A DNA stretch of 64,000 nucleotides from Candidatus Zipacnadia bacterium (GTDB lineage Bacteria; Armatimonadota; Zipacnadia; Zipacnadales; UBA5352): NCBI GenBank assembly GCA_029820045.1, contig JALGVE010000002.1:3538-67537 (forward strand), read 5' to 3'. The notes beneath the pieces were generated by a model, which saw only the letters and a program-made list of their open reading frames with translations, did no database searches and was not told the origin of the DNA. How positions within the stretch are numbered: position 1 is the stretch's first letter; every line of letters starts with the position of its first letter. Positions 54,752-64,000 of this stretch are shown here, piece after piece. The position numbers and the translations under genes are program-made.

Positions 54752-57384
54752 GAGCCAGCAGAGCCGCGGCCATCCTGTTACTGCTAGCCTCGGGAGCGGC
54801 GGCGCTCGCTGAAAGCCCGGAGCTTCGCGGCCTTCTGTCCAAGGCCGCCGCCAGCGAGGCGGCTGGCAAACTGATAGAGGCCGAGGGCATCTACCAGGAG
54901 GCCCTCGCCGTGGCCGCGACCGATGAGGAGCGCGCGGAGGTCATCTCGCGGCTGGGTGACATCCGGAGCAGGCGCGGAGATCGCCTCGGGGGGCTCGCGG
55001 CTTACGAGCAGGCCCTCAAGCTCGAAGGCCAGGGGCCCTGGCTGAGCCGCTGCCTCACCCAGCTCGCCAGCCTTGCCCAGTACTCGCGCCGGCCGGAGCT
55101 GGCTCGGTCCGCCTACGAACGGTTGCTGACCGACTTCGCCGGCAACGCGGTCATGGCCCGACAGGCGGCCATCGGCCTGGCGCGCCTCGACGCGGATGCC
55201 GGCGACCTGGGGGGCGCCATCAAGCGCCTGGAGCAACTCCTTGCCCGAGGGGAAGCCTCCGGCCTCGACTACCAGGCTCGGCGGCTGCTGGTGCAGTATC
55301 TGATTGAGGCGAAGCGATTCGACCGGGCGGTTGAGGTGGCGCGTGCAGGGGCGAGGAAGGGCCCGGAGCAGACGGACCTGCTGCTGCGCGCCGCCGACGC
55401 GCTGCTGGAGGCCGGTGAGCCCGAACGGGCGGAGCAACTCTGCCGACAGGTCCTGGCCGCAGAGCCGGGCAACGAAGCCGCCGGGCGTCTGCTGTATGAC
55501 ATAAGCGACCAGCGCGGCGCCCTCGATGAGCTGGAGGCCGAGCTGTCCAGGCAGGCTGAGGGACCCGACGGTGGCGGCGCCCTGCGGCGGCTGGCACAGT
55601 TCTACTCCCGCCGAGGCGATGATGAGCGCGCCCTGGCCGTCTATGAGCGGCTCCTCAAGGCCGCACCGGAGGACTCGGAGCTTCTCTACCGGGCGGGCTC
55701 CCTGGCCAGCGATGCGGGGGAACTGGGCATGGCGGAGCAATACCTGCGCAGGCTCGTGGCTCTGCAGCCCAATGACCGCGCCGGGGCGCAGGCGTTGGGC
55801 GAGGTCTACGTCCGCCAGGGCAAGCCCGACAAGGCCCTCGACACCTTCAAGGCGGCTACCAGCTACCGGCCTGATGACCCCGGCTCCGCTCAGGCCCTGG
55901 GCCGCCTCCTGTCCCGATACTCCCTCTTCCGCCAGGCGATCGCGGTCTACGAGCGCACGCGCCATGAACTCGGCGATGAGGATCTGCTCGCCTATGACAT
56001 GGGCCGCGCCTACGTCGGCCTCATGGAGTACGAGAAGGCGACCCCTGAGTTCTTGAAGGCCCTGGCGCAGCCCTCGACAGGGTCCGCGCGGCTGGTTGGC
56101 TATGAACTTGAGCGCCTTGCGCGCGATGAGATAGCCAGGGAGACCGTGCTCGCGACGCTCGATACCTGGGCGGAGCGAGAGGACCTCAGCGATCAGCAGT
56201 TGCTGGCTGCCGCCCGCGCGTACATCGCCGCCGGTCAGGCCGAGCGTGGCGTTACGCTGCTTGGGAGGCTGGGCGCCGACGCGGGCCTCGCCCTCCTGGA
56301 GTTGGCCCAGGGGCAGGAGGCTGAGGGCGAGGGCAACCTGGCGGCCGACCTCTACGAGGCGGCGCTCAAGCGCCAACTTGAGCCGAAGTATCGAGGCCTC
56401 GCCGCCCTGCGACTGACGGAGCTGCGCCTGGCTCAGGACCGCTGGCGGGAGGCGCTCAGCCTCCTGGAGGACAACCCGCCGCCCCCGGGCGAGGAGAGCC
56501 AGGTCGCCTTGCTGCGCGCTGACTTGTTGCTTCGATTCGTTCGTGACGTGGACCGCGCGGCTGAAGCGTACCAGGATGTGCTCTCCCACGCCGCCGAGGG
56601 TGCGCGCGATGCCTGGCGGGCGAGGTGGGGCCTGGCCGGCTGCCTCTTCGCGTCCGGCGAATGGGACCGCGCCCAGCAGGCCTACCGGTCCCTGATGGAT
56701 GAAGCGCGCGAGGGTCTGCCCCCTGAGGCGCCGCCGCTTCCGCCCGGTCACGTCGGGCGTCTTGGGCCTGGGCTGATGCAGATGCTCCCTGAGCCGGAGG
56801 AGAGCTGCAGGTCGGTGGCCTACGCGGCGATGAGGCTGGCCGAGATCTCACTCCGGCGACAGGACCTGGAGGAGGCCGCCAAGCGCTTCAGCAAGGTCGC
56901 GCAGGACTATCGGACCAGCGACTACGGCAATGACGCCTTGGAGCGGCTGGCCTTCATGAAGGAGAACCTCGACGGCCAGGGGGAGGCCGAGGGCGACTAC
57001 CTGAATGCGCTGGGAATGTTGGACCGGGGCGAGTGGGACCGCGCGGAGGCATCGCTGAGGGAGATCGCCGGGCAGCCCGGGGAGCCGCTTGCCGACGACG
57101 CGCTGATGCTGCTGGCGCAGTCCTGGGTGGACAGAGAGGAGCCGGCGCGCGCGGTGGATGTCTATCAGGAGCTTGCCGACGGGTTCCCGGAGAGTCTGCT
57201 GGCGCCGAACGCACTGCTGGACGCGGCTCATCTGCTCCTGGAGCGCCTCTCTCGTCCTGCCATGGCGCGGTCGTGTTTGACCAGGATAAGGGACACCTAT
57301 CCTGACTCGGCCGCGGCGGATGAGGCCAGCGACCTGCTGGAACTGATCGGGGCTGCGAGCGGCGAGCCGCCAGCTACGAGCTGA
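54748..57384 (+). CDS. Secreted multi-TPR protein
   Basis: Signal peptide; many TPR-like repeats; C-terminal BamD/YbgF-like 'FPESLLAPNAL', 'YPDS'; GTGA overlap with the upstream gene. Confidence 0.85.
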   Translation: MRASRAAAILLLLASGAAALAESPELRGLLSKAAASEAAGKLIEAEGIYQEALAVAATDEERAEVISRLGDIRSRRGDRLGGLAAYEQALKLEGQGPWLSRCLTQLASLAQYSRRPELARSAYERLLTDFAGNAVMARQAAIGLARLDADAGDLGGAIKRLEQLLARGEASGLDYQARRLLVQYLIEAKRFDRAVEVARAGARKGPEQTDLLLRAADALLEAGEPERAEQLCRQVLAAEPGNEAAGRLLYDISDQRGALDELEAELSRQAEGPDGGGALRRLAQFYSRRGDDERALAVYERLLKAAPEDSELLYRAGSLASDAGELGMAEQYLRRLVALQPNDRAGAQALGEVYVRQGKPDKALDTFKAATSYRPDDPGSAQALGRLLSRYSLFRQAIAVYERTRHELGDEDLLAYDMGRAYVGLMEYEKATPEFLKALAQPSTGSARLVGYELERLARDEIARETVLATLDTWAEREDLSDQQLLAAARAYIAAGQAERGVTLLGRLGADAGLALLELAQGQEAEGEGNLAADLYEAALKRQLEPKYRGLAALRLTELRLAQDRWREALSLLEDNPPPPGEESQVALLRADLLLRFVRDVDRAAEAYQDVLSHAAEGARDAWRARWGLAGCLFASGEWDRAQQAYRSLMDEAREGLPPEAPPLPPGHVGRLGPGLMQMLPEPEESCRSVAYAAMRLAEISLRRQDLEEAAKRFSKVAQDYRTSDYGNDALERLAFMKENLDGQGEAEGDYLNALGMLDRGEWDRAEASLREIAGQPGEPLADDALMLLAQSWVDREEPARAVDVYQELADGFPESLLAPNALLDAAHLLLERLSRPAMARSCLTRIRDTYPDSAAADEASDLLELIGAASGEPPATS

Positions 57385-57559
57385 CCGGCTGGACAGACAG
57401 TCAGGTTCAACAGGGTCCCGTAGGTCGGAACTCCCGCCCCCACTGGGTCGGCCTTGTCCAGGTTGTCGCACCCAACTCTGTAGTATCGGTGAGAGAACGC
57501 CCGCCGCTGCTTTCCTCAGCACAGCCGGGGGTCCAGCCCCTCTTCCGGAGGCAGCTTTC

Positions 57560-58462
57560 TTGTCGGACCACACGCGCGGCGTACTGCTCGGACTGCTGGC
57601 AAGCGCCTGTTGGGCGACCACCTTTGTCGCCGCCCGCTACGTGACCTATGTGCGGGGGGTTGACCCCATCTACACGGCGGCGTTCCGCTTCAGCGTCGGC
57701 GCCGTGGTCGCGACCGCATACATCGTGCTCAGCGGCCGCTGGCAGAACCTCGTCAAGGCGGCCTCGGACCTGCGCGGCCTGGCCACGCTCGGCGCCATCG
57801 GCATATTCGGCATGGGCGTGTTGGTCTTCCTATCCGCCAACCTCACAACGTCCATCAACAGCTCGCTGATCATGAACTCCAACGCCATCTTCATCGCTGT
57901 CTTAGCGATAGCGGCCGGCGAACGGGTGCCGGCGCTGCGCTTTGTCGGCCTGATCATCGGGCTGGCCGGCTGCGCGGCGATCGTCGTAGGAACGGCGCCG
58001 CCGCAGCCTCTGCCGCCTCCTAACAATGTGTTGGGCTCGCTGGCAGCCATGGGCGGCGCGATCTGCTGGGCGATGTACACGGTCCTGGGTAAGCCCCTGG
58101 TCCGGCGGTACGGTGGCGCGGAGGTGGCGACAGGCACTCTCATCTTCGGCGCTGCAATGCTCAGCATCTTGGCCTTGGCGCATGGCCCCGTGCCTTCACT
58201 CGAGTGGCCTGAGGCGGTGGTCGGCGTATACCTGGGCATCGTTCCGACTGCCGTCGCGATGCTCATCTGGTATCAGGCTCTTGAGCTTGTGGACGCCAAC
58301 GTCCTCGGGCCGACGCAGTACCTCGCCCCGCTCGGGTCGAGTGTGTTGGGCTGGTGGCTGCTGGGCGAGAGCATCGGCCTCGCCTTCATCGGCGGCGCGG
58401 CCGGGATCCTCGTCGGAGTCTATCTGGCGACGAAGCCCGTCGCCGGCGAGCTCGAAAGCTAG
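57560..58462 (+). CDS. DMT/EamA-family transporter
   Basis: About 10 TMs in two repeats; 'CWATTF', 'CWAMYTVLGK', 'LLGES'. Confidence 0.9.
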   Translation: MSDHTRGVLLGLLASACWATTFVAARYVTYVRGVDPIYTAAFRFSVGAVVATAYIVLSGRWQNLVKAASDLRGLATLGAIGIFGMGVLVFLSANLTTSINSSLIMNSNAIFIAVLAIAAGERVPALRFVGLIIGLAGCAAIVVGTAPPQPLPPPNNVLGSLAAMGGAICWAMYTVLGKPLVRRYGGAEVATGTLIFGAAMLSILALAHGPVPSLEWPEAVVGVYLGIVPTAVAMLIWYQALELVDANVLGPTQYLAPLGSSVLGWWLLGESIGLAFIGGAAGILVGVYLATKPVAGELES

Positions 58463-58553
58463 CGCGGCCAACGGCGCATGCAGGTCTTGGGTAGGGCGAG
58501 GTCGAAGCAGCCGCCTCACTCGCATGAGTTCGAAACACCAAGGAGACGCCATC

Positions 58554-59696
58554 ATGCTGGAGCCCGGCAGCATCACCGCACGAGAGGCCGTACACTGCGG
58601 CACCGACCCCGACTCAGGGGCCAGCATCGTGCAGCTCACCAGCGGCCCGGCCGTCCACAGCAACATCTACTGTGAGGTCCCGTACTTCGACCCATCCTCG
58701 CGCTGGCTGATCTACACCAAGAGCCCGACCTCCTATGAGCCGCTTCAGGTCTGGCGCGCCGACCTGGAGCGGTACTGGCTTACCCCGGTGTGCGAGGGCG
58801 CGAGAGGCATCTCGGGCATGGCCATGTCGCCTGATCAACGCTTCTTCTATTGCACGCGGGATGCCGGTGAGGACGGCTTCGAGGTGCTGCGCACCGAGAT
58901 CGCGACTCTCGAGCAGAAGTCCGTGGTCTTTGAGGGCGCGCCCCTCCCGGGCTCGATGGGCTCGATGGCGCCGGACAATCGCACCTACATCTACGCGACC
59001 GTGTTCGCCGTCTACGACTACGGCGTGGTGCGCTGCGACCTGACCGAGGGGACCTGGGAGATCATCCACCGAGGCCACGACATCTGCAATGCGCACCCGC
59101 AGATTGAGCCGGGCCGGGGCGAGGACTACCTCATCCAGCACAACCGAGGCTGCGAGTTCGACAAGCAGGGCCGCTGCCTCCGCCTGGTGGGCGACGAGGG
59201 CGCGACGCTGTATCTCATCAACCGCGACGGCGAGGACTACCGGCCCCTGCCGGTGGGCAAGCCCTACACCCGGCCGGTGCAGGGCCACCAGTGCTGGCTA
59301 GGGACGACCGGCGAGATTCTCTTCACCGTCGGCAGCCCGATGGAGGAAGCGAGGAAGAGGGGGAACTTACTGGCGCTTCGCCCGGGCGAGGAGCGGGCGC
59401 GACCCGTGGCGGGAGGGTACTATTACTGTCACCCGAACGCCTCGCGCGATGGCCGCTTCTTCGTGAGTGACGCGAGGCCGGGCAACCTGATCGTGGTCGG
59501 CTCCATCAAGACCGGTAGGAATCGCGTGCTGTGCCCGTCGCAGTCGAGTTTCTCATCCCCCCAGTACACTCACCCACATCCGTACTTCAGCCCGGACTGC
59601 CGGTGGGTCATCTTCAACTCGGACCGCACCGGGGTCCCGCATGTGCATGCGGCGCGCGTGCCCGATGGACTGCTGGAGGAACTGGACGTGGACTGA
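58554..59696 (+). CDS. Oligogalacturonate-lyase-like beta-propeller protein
   Basis: AAGGAG RBS; 'DPDSGASIVQLT', 'AHPQ', 'GHQCW', 'HPHPYFSPD', 'FNSDRTG'. Confidence 0.75.
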   Translation: MLEPGSITAREAVHCGTDPDSGASIVQLTSGPAVHSNIYCEVPYFDPSSRWLIYTKSPTSYEPLQVWRADLERYWLTPVCEGARGISGMAMSPDQRFFYCTRDAGEDGFEVLRTEIATLEQKSVVFEGAPLPGSMGSMAPDNRTYIYATVFAVYDYGVVRCDLTEGTWEIIHRGHDICNAHPQIEPGRGEDYLIQHNRGCEFDKQGRCLRLVGDEGATLYLINRDGEDYRPLPVGKPYTRPVQGHQCWLGTTGEILFTVGSPMEEARKRGNLLALRPGEERARPVAGGYYYCHPNASRDGRFFVSDARPGNLIVVGSIKTGRNRVLCPSQSSFSSPQYTHPHPYFSPDCRWVIFNSDRTGVPHVHAARVPDGLLEELDVD

Positions 59697-59819
59697 GGGC
59701 ACTTGCGGCGGGTGGCCGTGTCTGCCTTCGTCCCTCCTTGGCGGGAGCACCGCACACGACTGCCCTGCCGTGCGCCACAACTACAGGCGTGGCTCGCGTT
59801 GAGTACCTTAGCGCGTGCT

Positions 59820-61082
59820 TTACGCCTTTTGTCCCTTTCGCATCTCCTTGCGCAGGTAGGCGGCCCAGTAAAGCGCTCCTACGAAGAGCCCGCCCCCGAC
59901 GATGTTCCCCAGCGTCACCGGCAGCAGGTTGTGAAGGAAGAACGCGCCCCAGGTCAAGCTGCTCAGGTCAAGGCCGGAAGCGGCCGCGGCGGCCCCGGCG
60001 GCTGTGTTCTTCAGGAACAGGCCGAAGGGGATGAAGTACATGTTGGCAACACAGTGTTCGTAGCCGAGGGCGACGAAGGCGGTGATTGGGGGGACGATTG
60101 CCAGGATCTTGCCCGCCGTCTCCCCCGCCGAGAGGGCCATCCAGACCGCCAAGCATACCAGCCAGTTACAGCCGATGCCGCGGAAGAAAGCCGCCGCCAG
60201 GGTGAGGTTGACCTTGGCATGCGCGATCTTGACGGCAGTCAGCCCCACGCTGACGTCGTTGGCCATCCACAGCATGGAGCCGAACATAATCCCCGCCAGC
60301 AGGATTGATCCCGCGAAGTTGGAGAGGTAGACCCCGCCCCAGCGCAGCAGCATTCGACCAAAGCCGATCTGCCCGCCCAGCACACCGGTGACCATGAGGC
60401 TGTTGCCGGTGAAGAGTTCAGCGCCGGCGATCACGACGAGAATCAGTCCGACCGAGAAGACCAGGCCACCCAGTAGCTTGGTGATACCGAACCCGACGTA
60501 TTGCCCCGCGTCGGAGGTTACCAGCGTCGCCATCGCCGCACCGAAGCCGATATACGCGCCCGCGAGCGCTCCCAGGATCGCTAGGTTGATCCAGGGCAGA
60601 GCCGCCTTGGCCGTGCTTACCCGACTCGCAACAGCGTCCGCGACCTGAGCCGGCGCCATGGCCGTCGGCGTCTCCGCCGCGGGAGGCGCCTTCTTCTCCT
60701 CGAGGGCCTGCTGCTTCCTGACGGCCTGCTCGACCGCCGCAATGAGCTGATCCGGCGCAAAGGGCTTTGAGATGTAGTCAACCGCCCCCAGGCGCATGGC
60801 CTCAACTGCGGTCTCGGAGGAGGGATACGCGGTCATGACCACGGTCGCCAGCCCCGGGTTCTCGTGACGTATGCGCGCGAGCGCCTCAAGGCCCCCGACC
60901 TTCGGCATGCGCAGGTCAATAAGCATGACGTCGTAGTCATCTGCCCGCGTCAGTTCCAGCGCCTCCCCGCCATCGGTCGCGGTGTCCACCTCCATGCCCT
61001 GAGCTTCGAGCACTCTCTCAGCCCCCCTGCACACCGCCTCTTCGTCGTCAACGACCAGGATACGTCTGTGCTGCTCCGACAT
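59820..61082 (-). CDS. Receiver (REC) domain fused to a formate/nitrite transporter (FNT) channel
   Basis: REC: 'ILVVDDE', 'LIDLRMP', 'MTAY', 'YISKPF'. FNT: 'AGAYIGFG', 'GAELFTGN', 'NFAG', 'CNWLVCLAVW', 'GYEHCVANM', 'TLGNIVGG'. One continuous frame. Confidence 0.92.
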   Translation of the reverse strand: MSEQHRRILVVDDEEAVCRGAERVLEAQGMEVDTATDGGEALELTRADDYDVMLIDLRMPKVGGLEALARIRHENPGLATVVMTAYPSSETAVEAMRLGAVDYISKPFAPDQLIAAVEQAVRKQQALEEKKAPPAAETPTAMAPAQVADAVASRVSTAKAALPWINLAILGALAGAYIGFGAAMATLVTSDAGQYVGFGITKLLGGLVFSVGLILVVIAGAELFTGNSLMVTGVLGGQIGFGRMLLRWGGVYLSNFAGSILLAGIMFGSMLWMANDVSVGLTAVKIAHAKVNLTLAAAFFRGIGCNWLVCLAVWMALSAGETAGKILAIVPPITAFVALGYEHCVANMYFIPFGLFLKNTAAGAAAAASGLDLSSLTWGAFFLHNLLPVTLGNIVGGGLFVGALYWAAYLRKEMRKGQKA

Positions 61083-61195
61083 GCTTCTCTCTCCCTCTTC
61101 TAGATAACGCGATGCTCCTGGGAGCACCGCGTCTCAGAGTACGGTCCTCACGCTATCATGCAGGCATCGCGCCGGGACAGCCCCGGCTACGCGGC

Positions 61196-62725
61196 TCACT
61201 CGTCGGCAGTAACGGGAAACAGCAATGAGAAGGTACTACCCTCACCCAGCTTGCTCTCGAACTCGGCCCTGCCGTGGTAGAAGTCCATGATGCGCTTCAC
61301 GATGGACAGCCCCAGGCCGGTGCCAGTAATCTCACGAGTATCGTCAGTTTTCTCTCGGAAGAACTCGTCGAAAACGCGCTCCTGTCCCTCGGGCGAGATG
61401 CCGAGGCCTGTATCGGCGACGTCAATGCGCAGGTAGGGCCCGTCCTCGCGCGCAGTCACGCTGACGCTGCCGCCTGGCCTGTTGTACTTGATCGCGTTGG
61501 AGAGCAGGTTGGTGACGGCGCGGCTGAGTTCGTCCCGATCCACGCGAACGGCGGGAAGGCCCTCGGGCAGCTCGGCGGTGATGGTGACCTCGCTCTCCTC
61601 CGCCAGAGGCTGCATGAGGCGGCAGGCGTCATCTATCACTTCACCTGCGTCGGTGGGCCGTATCTCTCGGCGCACCGTGCCGCTTTCCATGCACGAGATA
61701 TCGAGCAGGTCGCTCACCAAGTCGAGCAGAGACCTCAGCCGCTTGCGCGAACGGCTCAGCATCTCGGTCTCTTTCTGCCGGTCCTCAACGATGCCCTGCT
61801 CCATGACGCTGAGATACCCATCCACGGCCGCCAACGGGGCACGAAGCTCGTGCGCCACCATGTTGACGAACTGCGCCTTCGCCTCTTCGACGCGCCTGAG
61901 CTCGGTGATGTCACGCAGGACAGTGACGGCTCCCAGCGGCTCCCCCTCCTCGTCGAGGATGGGGGCGACCGAGGCCAGCGCAGTACCCTCGCCGTCCTCC
62001 GCGGTCACCGAGATCTCGTCAGTGGTTAGCGTATACTCCTCCCGATTGCACGCCTGACGCACGAGTCTCCGCAGCTTCTCGTTCGTGATGACCTCGTCCA
62101 CGCCGGGAATGGTCCCGGGCTCGATGGGCGAGGCGAGGTATCGCAGAGCCGCTGGATTGTACATGACCACGCGTTGGTCGCGGTTGGTTACCAACACGCC
62201 ATCCGCCATCGCCGCGACGACCGTGCTCAGACGTCCCTTCTCGGTGGCCAGCTCCAGCAACTGCTGCTCGCGCTCGCGTTGGAGGCGGTCGCGTTCCCGT
62301 ATCAGGTCAAGATGCCGGAGGGCCCGGTTGACGACGGTCATCAGCTCCTTCGGCGTGAAGGGCTTGGGCAGGAAGTCGTATGCGCCCCGCTTCGTGGCCT
62401 CCACAGCCGCGTCTATCGTGGCATAGGCGGTTATCATGATGCTGACCAGGTTCTCGCCGCCGGGGGTGCCGTGCGCCCTGGCAAGGAACTCCATGCCGTC
62501 CATGCCGGGCATCTTCAGGTCCACCAAGGTGAGGTCCACGTCGTGCGCGTCGAGCAGCTCCAGGCCCTCCTCAGCGTCGCCGGCCAGGAGAACCTCATGA
62601 CCTTCGGCGCTGAGCACACGGCGGCACCCGCTCCGGATCCCGGGTTCATCGTCTACCACCAGGATCGTGTAGTCCTCGGCATTGCCCTCTGGTGCCCTCG
62701 CGGGCATGGACTGCTCCTGTGACAT
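61196..62725 (-). CDS. Hybrid sensor kinase REC-PAS-HisKA-HATPase (cytoplasmic)
   Basis: 'ILVVDDE..DLKMP..KPF'; PAS 'MADGVLVTN..NPAA'; 'AHELRAPL'; 'NLLSNAIKY'; 'DTGLGI'; 'GTGLGL'. Confidence 0.93.
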   Translation of the reverse strand: MSQEQSMPARAPEGNAEDYTILVVDDEPGIRSGCRRVLSAEGHEVLLAGDAEEGLELLDAHDVDLTLVDLKMPGMDGMEFLARAHGTPGGENLVSIMITAYATIDAAVEATKRGAYDFLPKPFTPKELMTVVNRALRHLDLIRERDRLQREREQQLLELATEKGRLSTVVAAMADGVLVTNRDQRVVMYNPAALRYLASPIEPGTIPGVDEVITNEKLRRLVRQACNREEYTLTTDEISVTAEDGEGTALASVAPILDEEGEPLGAVTVLRDITELRRVEEAKAQFVNMVAHELRAPLAAVDGYLSVMEQGIVEDRQKETEMLSRSRKRLRSLLDLVSDLLDISCMESGTVRREIRPTDAGEVIDDACRLMQPLAEESEVTITAELPEGLPAVRVDRDELSRAVTNLLSNAIKYNRPGGSVSVTAREDGPYLRIDVADTGLGISPEGQERVFDEFFREKTDDTREITGTGLGLSIVKRIMDFYHGRAEFESKLGEGSTFSLLFPVTADE

Positions 62726-62731
62726 GGGCTG

Positions 62732-64000
62732 TTAGTCACCGCCTTCGGCGGGCGCAGGCGTTGCGCCGACGACAAGAGTGTCATCAGCCCACTCCTCGGG
62801 CATAGCGTCCCCTCGGGGGAGGGTGAAGATGAAGTTCACCCACTGCCCGGGTTCGCTCTCGGCCCGGATGCTACCACCATGCCTCTCTATGATTGACTTG
62901 GTGATGAACAGGCCTAGCCCGCTGCCGCGCACCTGTTCGGCATCGGCGTCCGGCAGGCGAGTGAACTTCTGGAAGATGTCATCCAGCCGGTCCTCGGCGA
63001 TGCCTTCGCCCTCGTTCCAGACCCACAGCTCGCAGTGCCCGGGCTCGACGGCGCCGCCCACTTTCACGGTGCCGCCCTGGCAGCCGTACTTGGCAGCGTT
63101 GCCCAGCAGGTTCTCGTACACTACCTGGAGCAGGTCCGGGTCCGCTTGCACCACGAGTCCACTGGGCAGCTCCACCTCCACCGTCATATCTCTCTCTCTG
63201 AACGCGACACTGCGCTCCCGCAGCACGGGTCGCACCACATCGTGCTCCACCGACACAGGACGCAGCCTCAACTCCAGCTCACCTTTCTCTATGCGCGATA
63301 GGTTCAGGTAGTTCCGGATCATCTCGTCGGTGCGGTTGAGTGCGGTAGAGACATCAACCAGCGCCTCTTTCTGCTCCTCGGTTATCTCACCGATGTAGCC
63401 GTCCCGCACGGCGAAGAGATTGAGCTTCATGGCCGCGAGCTGGTTCTTGACCTCGTGAGTGATGAACTCCAGGGTGTTCAAGTAGTTCTCATTCCACCGG
63501 TGCAGCTCCTGACCGCTTTGCTCCAGGTCGGCCTCCCGTTGCTGCAGGGCCTCGGCCATCCTGTTGAAGGCGATAGTCAGCTTCTTCACGCAGTCGCGGT
63601 CAGCTCTAGGCGGCTGAGGCAGGCGGTAGTCCAGGTCCCCTCTGGAGATCGCCTCCGCCGCGTCAGTCAGCCGTCGTATCGGGCGTATCAACCTCGTCGC
63701 CAGCCACGTGGACGCCACGGCCGCCGCGACCGCGGCCATCAGGCCCAGCAGGACAAAGGTCAGTACCACCTTACGTTGGATTGTGTTGTACCAATCTTTC
63801 AGGATCCCTACGTAGAGCATACCGATGATCTTGCTCTGGACGTCCCTGATAGGCTCGTAGGCCGAGACGTACCAGGTGTCCACCACGAAGGCGTTCCCCA
63901 GCCACGGCTTGCCCTCGCGGAGCACGCGGTCGTAGACCTCCTCGGACACGCGCGTGCCGATGGCGCGATGGCCGCTGGGGTCGGTGACGTTCGTCGCCAC
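62732..64000 (-). CDS. Membrane sensor histidine kinase (Cache-TM-HAMP-HisKA-HATPase); 5' end lies outside the window
   Basis: Cache-like 'ATNV..RAIGT..YVSAYEPIRD..IIGMLYVG'; TM; HAMP; 'THEVKN'; 'NLLGNAAKY'; 'GSGLGL'. Confidence 0.9.
   Translation of the reverse strand: MATNVTDPSGHRAIGTRVSEEVYDRVLREGKPWLGNAFVVDTWYVSAYEPIRDVQSKIIGMLYVGILKDWYNTIQRKVVLTFVLLGLMAAVAAAVASTWLATRLIRPIRRLTDAAEAISRGDLDYRLPQPPRADRDCVKKLTIAFNRMAEALQQREADLEQSGQELHRWNENYLNTLEFITHEVKNQLAAMKLNLFAVRDGYIGEITEEQKEALVDVSTALNRTDEMIRNYLNLSRIEKGELELRLRPVSVEHDVVRPVLRERSVAFRERDMTVEVELPSGLVVQADPDLLQVVYENLLGNAAKYGCQGGTVKVGGAVEPGHCELWVWNEGEGIAEDRLDDIFQKFTRLPDADAEQVRGSGLGLFITKSIIERHGGSIRAESEPGQWVNFIFTLPRGDAMPEEWADDTLVVGATPAPAEGGD

Noticed and set aside
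52229..56751. Long antisense ORFs (787 aa and 655 aa, and similar ones opposite other genes)
   Set aside because: Shadow ORFs caused by GC3 bias of the real sense-strand genes; they have no recognisable motifs.

Overview
A GC-rich bacterial chromosomal window. The many Gfo/Idh/MocA oxidoreductases, novel secreted glycosidase-like proteins and REP-like repeats suggest an uncultured anaerobe such as Armatimonadota, but that is inference only. I saw no rRNA, tRNA, CRISPR array or intact transposase. Contents from left to right: a 1-kb intergenic patch of mobile-element debris; a carbohydrate catabolism region (two large secreted proteins, BadF-type sugar kinase, two SIS proteins, Gfo enzymes, GH127) with a MazF-type toxin-antitoxin pair; three small secreted Tyr/Gly/Trp-rich proteins, each preceded by the palindrome CTACTA-N7-TAGTAG; an uncharacterised operon of a GlmL-like ASKHA ATPase, a barrel-sandwich/swivel/KOW partner and four membrane proteins (one DUF6754-like); a decayed VapBC-type pair; a 987-aa multi-domain GNAT protein; housekeeping genes (RmlC-like cupin, M16 pair, acyl-CoA ligase, DUF151, UPF0182, PHP-like hydrolase, HAD, AIRS-like, metallophosphoesterase); a pseudokinase-zinc ribbon-TPR locus; an ABC exporter, a DUF4175-like protein, a TPR protein, EamA and an Ogl-like propeller; and a two-kinase relay ending in a receiver domain fused to a formate/nitrite channel. 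The best candidates for undescribed biology are the REC-FNT channel relay, the GlmL-like/DUF6754 membrane operon and the operator-sharing Tyr-rich secreted trio. All family assignments come from reading motifs by eye, with no database searches.
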